A program made the translations under genes and the position numbers. The notes under the pieces were generated by a model. That model was not told the DNA's origin, did no database searches, and worked only from the letters and a program-made list of their open reading frames with translations. 64,000 bases of DNA, taken from positions 51,959-115,958 of the forward strand of contig CAVZKE010000029.1 in assembly GCA_963775745.1 (NCBI GenBank), read 5' to 3'. This document shows, piece after piece, positions 1-9,800 of this stretch; positions within the stretch are counted from its first letter, which is position 1; each line of letters begins with the position of its first letter. The DNA is from an uncultured Actinomycetota bacterium. Lineage in GTDB: Bacteria > Actinomycetota > Actinomycetes > Streptosporangiales > Streptosporangiaceae.

Positions 1-1435
<1,435 letters not shown>

Positions 1436-1487
1436 GCCCGACAGGTTAGGCCAGGGCCGGCCGTCGGCGGTTCGCGGGCCCGGGCCG

Positions 1488-1580
1488 GGGCTGGTCAGAA
1501 CGCCGCCGGGCCGCGGGCCAGGGTTGGCTGGAACGTGGCCGCGGCGGCGGGGCTGGCTAGAACGCGGCCGGTGCGGTGGT
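1488..1580. repeat. three tandem ~31-bp direct repeats (GGGCTGGnnAGAACGnnGCCG...) upstream of the carboxyltransferase start
   Basis: Copies start at 1488, 1519 and 1550. Copies 1 and 3 are near-identical by eye and copy 2 is more diverged. Copy 3 overlaps the stop of the MmyB-like gene. Confidence 0.5.
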
Positions 1581-2582
1581 GGACTGCGGCGGGTGGTGCG
1601 CGGCCCAGCACGGGTACCTGGCGGCGCGTCCCTGGCCCGCGACCAGGCTGGCCAGGGCGGCCCGGGTCGGCTCGTCCACCGGGGTGTGGACGACCATCCT
1701 GGTGCCGGGGGCGGCGAGTACGGCCATCGAGTTGCTCGTCATGACGAGGCGGTCATGGGCCGGGTGCCGGAAGATCTTGAGATAGCTGGCCGGGCTGGCC
1801 ACCTCATGCTGCGCCCAGAACTGGCCGAACTCCGGGCTCGCGGCCTGCAGCCTGCGGACGAACCTGGTCCAGGCGGGCTCCCCGACGTGCCGCCCGTACG
1901 CGCCGCGCAGCTGGGCGACGAGCGTGCCGAGCTGGTCGGCCCGGTTCAGGTACGGGTGACAGCAGGCCGGATGCGTGAAGCACATCCAGAGCGCATTGCG
2001 GGTCGCGCACGGCTGGCTGACCAGGACGGGGAAGAGCGCGGCGTACGGCTCGTTCCAGGCGAGCAGGTCGAAGCGCTCGTTCATGACGCTGGCTGGCAGC
2101 GCGGTCAGCCCGTCGAGGATCTGCTGGATCTCGGGCTCCACCTGCCAGCCCGCCTCCGTGGCCGGCGCCAGGTCGGGCACGTCAGCTAGCCGGTACAGAT
2201 GCTCTCGCTCCGGCTGGTCAAGCCTGAGGGTCCGGGCCACCGCATCGAGGACCTGGGTGCTGGCGTTGATCGGCCGGCCCTGCTCCAGCCAGGTGTACCA
2301 GGTGACCCCGACGCCGGATAGCTGGGCGACCTCTTCCCGGCGCAGCCCGCTGGTCCGGCGCCGGAACCCCGGCGGCAGCCCGACGTCCTCGGGGCTGATC
2401 CGCTCCCGGCGGCTGCGCAGGAACGCGCCCAGCTCCACCCTGCGGACCCGGCCGTCACCCGTGGTCAGGCTGCCCGTGGTCAGGCTGCCCGTGGTCAGGT
2501 TGTCCGTGGTCAGGCTGCCCGTGGTCAGGCTGCCCGTGGTCAGGCTGCCCGTGGAGACGCTGCGCGTGGTCATGGTGGTCAT
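1557..2582 (-). CDS. MmyB-like helix-turn-helix (XRE-type) transcriptional regulator with an N-terminal TGSLT repeat
   Basis: This is the C-terminal 341 aa of ORF 1557..2984, starting at MTTMTTRS (ATG 2582-2580). It contains [23 protein letters not shown]...[29 protein letters not shown] (HTH) followed by an MmyB-type C-terminal domain. It is divergent from an MFS pump. Confidence 0.85.
   Translation of the reverse strand: MTTMTTRSVSTGSLTTGSLTTGSLTTDNLTTGSLTTGSLTTGDGRVRRVELGAFLRSRRERISPEDVGLPPGFRRRTSGLRREEVAQLSGVGVTWYTWLEQGRPINASTQVLDAVARTLRLDQPEREHLYRLADVPDLAPATEAGWQVEPEIQQILDGLTALPASVMNERFDLLAWNEPYAALFPVLVSQPCATRNALWMCFTHPACCHPYLNRADQLGTLVAQLRGAYGRHVGEPAWTRFVRRLQAASPEFGQFWAQHEVASPASYLKIFRHPAHDRLVMTSNSMAVLAAPGTRMVVHTPVDEPTRAALASLVAGQGRAARYPCWAAHHPPQSTTAPAAF
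2458..2556. repeat. 15-bp in-frame tandem repeat, about 6.5 copies (cccgtggtcaggctg), encoding (TGSLT)n
   Basis: Direct reading: units at 2458, 2473, 2488, 2503, 2518 and 2533, plus a partial one. Confidence 0.95.
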
Positions 2583-2684
2583 GTCCTCATCCTGCCCGGC
2601 CGCGGCCGAGTCTGCCAGGTACTGCTGGTACCAGGATAAGCAGGCTCTTGGTACTGGCACTGGGCAGCCGCGAAGCTCAATGTC

Positions 2685-4415
2685 ATGACAGACATCATTG
2701 CTAGCGGTCCGGCCTCGGCAGTTCATTCCCGGCAGCGGCAGCGGCGCCGCTGGCCTGGGAATGGCCGCGCGGGGACCGGCCGCGCGGGCGTCGTGCTGGC
2801 CATCGTCCTGGCCGGCCAGTTCATGGCGGTCCTGGACGCATCGGTCGTGAACGTCGCCGCGCCCTCGATTCATAACGGATTGCACGCCTCCGGCGCCGGC
2901 CTGCAGCTGGTGATCGCGGGCTACACGATCACTTACGCGGTACTGCTGGTGACCGGCGCCCGGCTCGGTGACCTGCTCGGCCATCGCCGTATTTTCCTGG
3001 CCGGGCTGACGGTGTTCACGCTGGCCTCGCTGGGCTGTGGCCTGGCCGGCTCGACGGGGCTGCTGGTGGCGATGCGCTTCGTCCAGGGAGCGGGCGCCGC
3101 GGCCATGATCCCGCAGGTGCTGAGCCTGATCCAGCGCACGTTCACGGGCGCCGCCCGGGCCCGGGCGATGAGCGCGTACGCCGCGGTGCTGGCCGGCGGG
3201 GTCGTGGTCGGGCAGATCGTCGGCGGCGTGCTGATCAGCGCCAACCTGTTCGGTTCCAGCTGGCGGCCGGTGTTCGCGGTGAACGTACCGATCGGCGCGG
3301 TGCTGCTGCTGGCCGGCTGGCGGCGGCTGCCCGCCGGGCGGGGCGAGGCAGGCCGCGGGCTCGACCTGCCCGGTGTCCTCACCCTGTCACCAGCGGTACT
3401 CGCCCTCGTCGTCCCGCTGGTGCTCGGCCAGCCGGAACACTGGCCGGCCTGGGGCTGGGCCTGCCTGGCCGCCAGCGCGGTGCTGTTCGCCGGCTTCGTC
3501 CGCACCGAGGCACGGCTGGAGCGGCGCGGCGGGTCGCCGCTGATCCCGGGCCGGGTGCTCAGGCTGCCGGGGGTGGCCATGGGTATCGGGGCGCTGTTCG
3601 CCGCCATGACCGTGTTCGGCGGCCTGTTCTTCGCGCTGGCGCTGCACCTGCAGGGCGGGCTGGGCGACTCGCCGCTGCGGGCCGGCCTGACCTTCGCGCC
3701 GTCCGCCGCGGCGTTCGCGATCGTGAGCCTGAACTGGCAGCGGCTGCCCGCCCGGCTCCGTCCCTGGCTGGCCATCTGCGGCTTCGCCGGCACGGCGCTA
3801 GCCCTGCTGGTGCTCGCTGCCGTGCTGCGCGGCGGCAGCTCCGGTGGTGTCGCGCTGTACCTCGGGCTGGCCCTGCTCGGCACGGCCCTGGCCGCCGCGT
3901 TCAGCCCGCTGATGACTGCGGTGCTGATGCGGGTGCCGGTGGCGGATGCCTCCGATGCCACCGGCGTGATCGTGACCGTCAACCAGCTCGGGCTGGTGAT
4001 CGGGGTGGCGGCGTTCGGGACGCTGTACCTGAACCTGGCCGGCAGCCTCCCCGCGCACCCGGGCGCGGCAGCCTTCCGGCTGGGGTCGGCGCACGCCGAG
4101 GCGGTCACCTGCGTGGTGCTCGCGGGCGCCGCGGTGGCGGGCGGGGTCCTGGCCGCGGCCCGGGCCTGGCTGGGCCGGGCCGCCCGGCCGGCTCCGGGTC
4201 AGGCTTCGGTTCCGGTCCCGGCTTCGGTTCCGGTCCCGGCTTCGGTTCCGGTCCCGGCTTCGGTTCCGGTCCCGGTTCCGGTCCCGGTTCCGGTCCCGGC
4301 TTCGGTTCCGGTACGGGCTTCGGTTCTGGCACGGGCTGGCGCTGGTCCCGCCCCGGCGGCTGCCCCGGCGCCGATCCCGATCCAGGTCCGGGCATCGGGC
4401 CGCGGCCAGTCCTGA
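2685..4415 (+). CDS. MFS transporter, DHA2 (EmrB/QacA-like, 14-TMS type) drug/metabolite exporter
   Basis: ORF of 576 aa. Typical N-terminus LAGQFMAVLDASVVNVAAPSI, then RLGDLLGHRRIFLAGL and VQGAGAAAMIPQVLSLI, with many hydrophobic spans. Repeat-rich Pro/Ala/Ser/Val tail. Confidence 0.9.
   Translation: MTDIIASGPASAVHSRQRQRRRWPGNGRAGTGRAGVVLAIVLAGQFMAVLDASVVNVAAPSIHNGLHASGAGLQLVIAGYTITYAVLLVTGARLGDLLGHRRIFLAGLTVFTLASLGCGLAGSTGLLVAMRFVQGAGAAAMIPQVLSLIQRTFTGAARARAMSAYAAVLAGGVVVGQIVGGVLISANLFGSSWRPVFAVNVPIGAVLLLAGWRRLPAGRGEAGRGLDLPGVLTLSPAVLALVVPLVLGQPEHWPAWGWACLAASAVLFAGFVRTEARLERRGGSPLIPGRVLRLPGVAMGIGALFAAMTVFGGLFFALALHLQGGLGDSPLRAGLTFAPSAAAFAIVSLNWQRLPARLRPWLAICGFAGTALALLVLAAVLRGGSSGGVALYLGLALLGTALAAAFSPLMTAVLMRVPVADASDATGVIVTVNQLGLVIGVAAFGTLYLNLAGSLPAHPGAAAFRLGSAHAEAVTCVVLAGAAVAGGVLAAARAWLGRAARPAPGQASVPVPASVPVPASVPVPASVPVPVPVPVPVPASVPVRASVLARAGAGPAPAAAPAPIPIQVRASGRGQS
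4202..4333. repeat. 18-bp and 12-bp in-frame tandem repeats (ggcttcggttccggtccc) encoding (PASVPV)n/(PVPV)n in the MFS C-terminal tail
   Basis: Direct reading: four 18-bp units from 4202, two 12-bp units, then two degenerate 18-bp units. Confidence 0.9.
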
Positions 4416-4501
4416 GCGCTGCCGAGCGGATGACCCGGCCGGGCGCCTGAGAAGATCGCACCGCAGACGAGTGCCGCAGAATCGCCCGGGAGGAGAAGGC
4501 C

Positions 4502-4918
4502 GTGACCGACAGCCAGTACGTCGTGCAGCCAATTGGCCGGGTGGAATCCCCGCTGGTCGACCTGGACATGGCACCGCGGCAAGGTGACGAGGGCGCGCCC
4601 GGGGCGTGGCTCGTCTTCGATCAGGCGATCAGCGCGGGGCTGCGCGGCCTGCAGGCCGGGACCGATGTGCTGGTGCTGACCTGGCTTGATCGCGCGCGCC
4701 GCGATGTGCTCTCGGTGCACCCGCGCGGCGACGTCGGCAGGCCGGAGACGGGCGTCTTCAACACCCGGTCGCCCGACCGGCCGAACCCGATCGGACTGCA
4801 CCGGGTAACCATCGAGGCGATCGAGGATGCCCGGGTGCTGGTGCGGAACCTGGAGGCGCTGAACGGCACGCCCATCGTCGACGTGAAGCCGGTGCTCGGA
4901 CCGGCCGCCGAGCGATGA
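4502..4918 (+). CDS. TsaA/TrmO-family tRNA methyltransferase-like protein
   Basis: 138 aa with a GTG start preceded by GGGAGGAGAAGG. VQPIGRVESP...GVFNTRSPDRPNPIGLHRVTI...LNGTPIVDVKP is the TsaA/YaeB fold signature. Confidence 0.85.
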   Translation: MTDSQYVVQPIGRVESPLVDLDMAPRQGDEGAPGAWLVFDQAISAGLRGLQAGTDVLVLTWLDRARRDVLSVHPRGDVGRPETGVFNTRSPDRPNPIGLHRVTIEAIEDARVLVRNLEALNGTPIVDVKPVLGPAAER

Positions 4919-4974
4919 CGGGGCAGGCCAGCCAGCGCGGCCGGCAGGTCTCTCACGACCGCTCAGTCCAGCCA

Positions 4975-5042
4975 CTTATACCGGATTTGCTGACCGCAAA
5001 ACCCATCATTCCGGACACAAACCTCCACCAATCCGGTATAAG
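4975..5042. repeat. perfect 13-nt inverted repeat (cttataccggatt / aatccggtataag) with a 42-nt spacer, inside a low-GC patch
   Basis: 4975-4987 and 5030-5042 are exact reverse complements. CCGGA recurs five times within about 110 nt. Confidence 0.8.
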
Positions 5043-5169
5043 TCAGGGCAGCCAGTAAAGCTAACCGGATGAAAGGCAATAAACCGGGCATGGTGGGCAC
5101 CCTCCACGGAACGCTTCCTACGATTGGCTGCGGCGACGACTTCGCGAGCCTGACGGCTAGCCTGGATCA

Positions 5170-6027
5170 GTGCGGATAGGCGTTAACGTCCCGAATTTCG
5201 GGCCAGGAACCAATCCCGGCGTGCTGGGCGACTGGGCGCAGACGGTGGAAGGCCTCGGCTTTGACCTGCTCATGGTCTCTGATCACGTCGCGGTGACCCC
5301 CGATGTTGCGCAGCAGTACCCGGCGCCGTTCTACGAGCCGTTCACCACGCTCGCCTGGCTGGCCTGCCGCACCAGAACGGTCCGGCTCGGGACCACGGTG
5401 CTGATCGCGCCCTACCGGCACCCGCTGCTCATCGCGCGGATGGCCGCCAACCTGAACGACCTCAGCGGGGGCCGGCTCATCCTGGGCGTGGGCGTCGGCT
5501 GGGCCCGGCAGGAGTTCGACGCGCTCGGCGTCCCGTTCGGCCAGCGCGGGGCGCTCACCGACGATTGCCTGCGCGCGCTGCGCGCGGCCTGGTCCGATGA
5601 GCAGGACTACCGCGGCGGCCGGATACCGATCTGGATCGGCGGCCACAGCGACGCGGGCCTGCGCCGGGCGGTGCGCTTCGGCGACGCGTGGCATCCGCTG
5701 CGGTTCCGGCTCGGCTGGCTGCGCGAGGCCCTGGACCGGCTGCGGGATGCTGCCGACCAGCAGCAGCGGCCGGTCCCGGCCCTGGTGCCCCGCATCGTCC
5801 TGCGCATCACCGATGCGCCGGTCACCGGCAGCGAGCGGCGGGCGGGCGAGGGCACCATCGGCCAGGTTCTCGACGACCTCGAGCAGCTGCGCCTGCTCGG
5901 CGCGGGCACCGTGGTGCTTGACCCGTTCGACGGCGACCCGGCTCAGACGCATCACCCGCAGGCGGCCTGGCAGATGCTGGCCACCGTGTCCGCCTGCCTG
6001 GCTCGGCACACCCCCGCGAGCACGTGA
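5170..6027 (+). CDS. LLM-class (luciferase-like) F420-dependent oxidoreductase
   Basis: 285 aa, GTG start. MRIGVNVPNFGP...GFDLLMVSDHV...RLGTTVLIAPYRHPLLIARMAANLNDLSGGRLILGVGVGW is the typical LLM family pattern. Confidence 0.85.
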   Translation: MRIGVNVPNFGPGTNPGVLGDWAQTVEGLGFDLLMVSDHVAVTPDVAQQYPAPFYEPFTTLAWLACRTRTVRLGTTVLIAPYRHPLLIARMAANLNDLSGGRLILGVGVGWARQEFDALGVPFGQRGALTDDCLRALRAAWSDEQDYRGGRIPIWIGGHSDAGLRRAVRFGDAWHPLRFRLGWLREALDRLRDAADQQQRPVPALVPRIVLRITDAPVTGSERRAGEGTIGQVLDDLEQLRLLGAGTVVLDPFDGDPAQTHHPQAAWQMLATVSACLARHTPAST

Positions 6028-6039
6028 CTGGAGTGAACA

Positions 6040-6459
6040 ATGACATTTAACGAGGAACTTCTCCGCCAGGCTATCGACCTGGCCGGCCAGGCCCGGGCGG
6101 CCGGAAACCCGCCGTTCGGATCGCTGCTGGCGGGCCCCGATGGCACCGTCCTGGCGCAGGACCGCAACACGTCGATCACTGACCGGGACATCACCGCCCA
6201 CCCCGAGCTGAAGCTGGCCCGCTGGGCGGCCCGTGAGCTCGACCCAGGCACGGCCGCCGCGACCACCATGTACACCAGCTGCCAGCCCTGCCCGATGTGC
6301 ACGGGCGCCATCGAGCGGTCCGGGCTGGGCCGGGTGGTCTTCGCGCTCTCCGGCGAACAGCTGGCCAGCATCAAGCGCGGCGGATTCGCGCCGGTGCCGC
6401 ACGAAGGGCCGGCGCTGTTCGAGGAGGCGCGCAAGGTCGTGGACGGTTACTACAGCTGA
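6040..6459 (+). CDS. nucleoside/nucleotide (CMP/dCMP-type, TadA/guanine-deaminase-like) zinc deaminase
   Basis: 139 aa. Zinc motifs AHPE and PCPMC are at the expected spacing. Confidence 0.85.
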   Translation: MTFNEELLRQAIDLAGQARAAGNPPFGSLLAGPDGTVLAQDRNTSITDRDITAHPELKLARWAARELDPGTAAATTMYTSCQPCPMCTGAIERSGLGRVVFALSGEQLASIKRGGFAPVPHEGPALFEEARKVVDGYYS

Positions 6460-6480
6460 GTTGACGGTTACTACAGCTGA
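6439..6480. repeat. 21-bp tandem duplication spanning the stop codons of two convergent genes
   Basis: gtggacggttactacagctga (6439-6459) and gttgacggttactacagctga (6460-6480) match at 20 of 21 positions. Copy 1 holds the deaminase TGA and copy 2 holds the minus-strand gene's stop. Confidence 0.9.
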
Positions 6481-7076
6481 TCCGCCCGCCCGCTCCACTG
6501 CGGGCTGACCGATCGCCACGCAGCCTCCCAGCCCGCCAGCCGCCGCCAGTTCAGCAGCCGCCTGGTGAGCATGGCCAGGCCGGCCAGCAGGACCGCCAGC
6601 GCGCCGACCGCGATCGCCGCCGCCCCGACGACGTGCTGCCTGGCCTGCGCCGCCGTGGGCGGCGGGGCCTGAACGTGGCCCGCGCGGTCCAGCCAGACCG
6701 GCACGCTGCGGCCCGCCCTGGTCCCGGCGGCGGCCGGGACCTGCCCGAGCCACTGCCGCCCGCCGGTCGTCCATCGCGCCGGCGTCCAGACCAGCCAGGT
6801 GTTGGCGCCGCCGTCCGACATCAGGGGTCCTGGCGCAGCCTGCAGCAAGACCGCTTCCGTGCGGTGCCAGGACAGCCGGGCGCGATGCACGGCCGCATTG
6901 TCCGCGCGGGCCAGCAGGCCGGCGCTGGCCGCCACGAGCGGGCCGAGGACCATCAGCGCGATGATCACGGCGGGCAGCAGCCAGGCCTCGATCACGTCGG
7001 AGCGCCGGCGCAGCGGATTACGATCGCGCCCCGGCCGCCGGATCAGCCGCCGCCACGTCATTGTGGGCGTTGTCAT
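6471..7076 (-). CDS. Rv1733c-family two-TM membrane protein
   Basis: This is the last 201 aa of the chimeric ORF 6471..8540, starting at MTTPTMTW (ATG 7076-7074). N-terminal RNPLRRRSDVIEAW followed by a TM helix, then PARW...VPVWLDRAG, a second TM helix and a W/R-rich tail, as in Rv1733c-like proteins. Confidence 0.8.
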   Translation of the reverse strand: MTTPTMTWRRLIRRPGRDRNPLRRRSDVIEAWLLPAVIIALMVLGPLVAASAGLLARADNAAVHRARLSWHRTEAVLLQAAPGPLMSDGGANTWLVWTPARWTTGGRQWLGQVPAAAGTRAGRSVPVWLDRAGHVQAPPPTAAQARQHVVGAAAIAVGALAVLLAGLAMLTRRLLNWRRLAGWEAAWRSVSPQWSGRADQL

Positions 7077-7192
7077 AACTTCCACCCCATCGGCGAGCCG
7101 GTCGCACCGTTGCGAGCGTCTCGCCCTAGATTGTCTCCCTCCCCACCGTTGTGGCGCCATACCTGCGGCGCGAATGGCCGGGAGAACGCCGT

Positions 7193-8659
7193 CTAGCCGG
7201 CCGTCCCTCCGCTGAGGAGGGATAATTTCCCGAGATAGACCGGAGTGCCGGCGCCGGGAATCTTGTGCCATGCCGCCGGGCCGCCTGACGCCTTGGCCAG
7301 GACCTCGCGCAGCTGCTGGCCCGTCCATGGAGCAGCGCATCCCAGGTAATAAGCGACCGACGGTGACCACACGATGCAGGGCGGGCGAGCGCCGAGCGCG
7401 CGCAGGCGGTCGGCCGTCTCGATATAGCCGACCCTGATGGCATGCTGGGCGTTGCTCTCGGTGCGCCTGACGTAATGCTGTGTTACCAGCCCGGTCAGCA
7501 GGAATGCGCAGACGCCCAGGACGGCCACGGTCTGCAAGCGCGGCACTGTAGCCAGCCAACCGATCCCGTCCGCCGCCGGGATGGCCAGCAGGGCAAGAAC
7601 GGGAATCAGGTAGCGCGGCGCAGCGAAGGGCTCGAACAGCACATAGCCCGCGAGTACCGAGAGCGCGGCCGCGACAGCTACCAATGATGAGGCCAGGGTC
7701 AGCCGCCTGGCGGCGAGGATTCCCAGGGTGATGAGCCCGAGCAGCGCCAGCCACCACAGGCTCAGCCAGGGATAGTCCATGCCGTGACAGGCACCAGGTC
7801 GGCAGTACCACGGCCCGTTGAGCACGCGGAGCTGGTACGGAAGCGAGAAGTATACGCCGAACTTCGGGGGTTCCTCCGCAGACAGGTGCAGCCGGCTCAG
7901 CGGACCGCCGTACCAGGCGTACGACTCGCCGATCCACTCCGCGGCGGCCACTACGAGGCCGACGCCGAAGGCGGCCAGCACCCTGCGGTTGCGCCAGGCG
8001 GGCACGATGATCCCGGCCGCGATCACGGGCGCCAGCACGAAGACGGCATTCTGGAAGCGCAGCATCAGCAGGAAGCAGGTCAGCACGGCGAGCAGCGGGA
8101 GGACCACGATGTCGCGCATGCTGCCGGTGACTGCCTGTATGAACAGCCCGGCCACGGCCAGCGCCCCGAGCGCCTGCCACCAGTCCGGATAGGTCTGGAC
8201 TCCGCTGAACTGTGACACGGCCAGGCTGCCGATAATGATCCCGGCCACGGCCAGTATCCACATCGGCCGCAGCCCCCTCCAGGCCAGCAAGGCCAGGAAC
8301 AGCCCAAGCGCGGATAGCGCCGCCAGCCACACCCGCAAGACCAGGACAGAGCTCGTCAGGAGCGTCACAGGTGCCGCCAGCAGCGAGGCACCCCGGCCGT
8401 GCACGGGCGGAAGCAGCACCTGAGAAGCATGAACACTCGTCTGCGCGATGTAGGTGATCTCGTCCGCGCCCAGCGGCATCCGCAGCAGGCCCGGGCTGAA
8501 CTCGGCCAGCAGGAACAGCAGGGCCACCAGGACCAGCCACAGCGGGCTATCCCGGTGGAATCTGGCCCGCAGACTGCGGCCCCCGGTACCGGTATCTCCC
8601 GGGCCGGTATCTCCCGCCGGGCGCGAGAAGGGAGTCTGCACCCGGGCCGCCGAGCTCAT
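7193..8659 (-). CDS. polytopic membrane protein, probable GT-C-fold (ArnT/PMT-like) glycosyltransferase
   Basis: 488 aa with about 11 hydrophobic spans and a soluble C-terminal domain. Its start overlaps the upstream stop (ATGA at 8656-8659). Its context is a glycan operon. Confidence 0.7.
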   Translation of the reverse strand: MSSAARVQTPFSRPAGDTGPGDTGTGGRSLRARFHRDSPLWLVLVALLFLLAEFSPGLLRMPLGADEITYIAQTSVHASQVLLPPVHGRGASLLAAPVTLLTSSVLVLRVWLAALSALGLFLALLAWRGLRPMWILAVAGIIIGSLAVSQFSGVQTYPDWWQALGALAVAGLFIQAVTGSMRDIVVLPLLAVLTCFLLMLRFQNAVFVLAPVIAAGIIVPAWRNRRVLAAFGVGLVVAAAEWIGESYAWYGGPLSRLHLSAEEPPKFGVYFSLPYQLRVLNGPWYCRPGACHGMDYPWLSLWWLALLGLITLGILAARRLTLASSLVAVAAALSVLAGYVLFEPFAAPRYLIPVLALLAIPAADGIGWLATVPRLQTVAVLGVCAFLLTGLVTQHYVRRTESNAQHAIRVGYIETADRLRALGARPPCIVWSPSVAYYLGCAAPWTGQQLREVLAKASGGPAAWHKIPGAGTPVYLGKLSLLSGGTAG

Positions 8660-9612
8660 GACCGTGCCTCATTGAGTTCGCGGAACGCCTCCGCCGTGCG
8701 GCCCAGCAACCGTAACCTCCCTGAGCGCCCGTCGGCCGGGACAACCTGCACAGACACGCCTTGACCGGATTCGTGGGCAGGCCAGCGGGAAAATCCGATT
8801 GATCCAGCCGCACCCGACGGTACCGCAAACTGGCTGGTTCCTGTCGATTCTCTCGATACCTTGTGACCAGTAAGCCCAGGTTCTCCGGCCGCCCGGAGCG
8901 CCGCGCCAGCAGCCACGGTCCGCGCCCAGCGAATGGAGGTGGCGGTGAGCCTCTTGGGGACGGCGGTCGCCTCGTCCCCGGAAGCTGAAGGCCCGGCGGT
9001 AACCCATCGGCTGGCCCGGTCGCCGGAGGTGCCATTCGTTCTCGATGCGCGCCACCAGGACCCATATGACAACGCACGCGAACGCCTCAGCCGTGTACTG
9101 CTTGAGGTCGTCCCGGAGAAGCATCGCTGGTGACAGCAGCACGGCAGCACCGGTCAGGATCCCGTGGTGAAGCGGGTCAGGCGAAGCTCGCGCCCGAAGA
9201 GGTACGCAGCGGCCGCGGCCAGGATGGTGAACGCGAGTGGCACGAGCCGCAGCCCCTGGGCGCCGCCGAAGGGCACCAGCCGCAGCAGGAACGTCCACCC
9301 CAGGGGCGTGCTGGACGCAATCGAGGGTGTCAGTCCGATGCTCGCCCGGACCGAGTCCGCCACCCACGCCTCGTCGACCCAGAAAGAATGACCGAGCATG
9401 TACGGCACGTCGTGAACGACGAGCGCCGACAGCCCGACAGCGGCGGCGAGGCAGCCGTCGATCACGACGGACCTCCCGAGCAAGCGCCGACGCGGCGGAG
9501 CGGCAGAAAGTTGTTCCTCCGCCCGAACGGCCACACTGCCTCCCGCGACCGAGGTGAGCCTGACTACCGTCTCACCAGCCGACCCGCTGCTTCTGCCGGC
9601 CACGTTCGACAT
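8656..9612 (-). pseudogene. decayed membrane glycosyltransferase-like gene (frameshifts, probably also internally shortened)
   Basis: The N-terminal frame (9154..9612: ...FWVDEAWVADSV...LGWTFLLRLVPFGGAQGLRLVPLAFTILAAAAAYLFGREL) stops at 9154. It continues in another frame (GILTGAAVLLSPAMLLRDDLKQYTAEAFACVVIWVLVARIENEW). A third frame carries the C-terminus ending at 8656. Confidence 0.5.
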
Positions 9613-9800
9613 AAGCAGCCTGAAGTGTAAAAACTAACCTAACGGAGATGAAGCGGCTGTGCTGTGACAGCGGGCATGTCATGGGACAGTGAATCCGGCC
9701 ACTCCGGTTCCCAGGTCCTGCGATGAGATCTGGCCGGTAGGAGACCGCGGCAGGGTGTCCAAATCCCGCGCTCACCGGCTAGCTAGTAACCCGGGACATG

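Noticed and set aside
2625-2634. The 10-bp palindrome CTGGTACCAG in the MmyB/MFS divergent region, considered as an operator.
   Set aside because: It is too short to be significant alone. It is mentioned only as context in the repeat finding.
4963-5091. A 42-codon minus-strand ORF (MPGLLPFIRLALLAALTYTGLVEVCVRNDGFCGQQIRYKWLD) in the low-GC patch.
   Set aside because: It has no recognisable family, atypical codon usage and no obvious RBS, and it overlaps the inverted repeat. It is mentioned only inside the finding on that patch.
6471-8540. A 689-aa minus-strand ORF spanning two genes.
   Set aside because: Only its last 201 aa (6471..7076) look like a real protein (Rv1733c-like). The upstream part overlaps the well-formed membrane protein 7193..8659 in another frame and is compositionally shadow-like.
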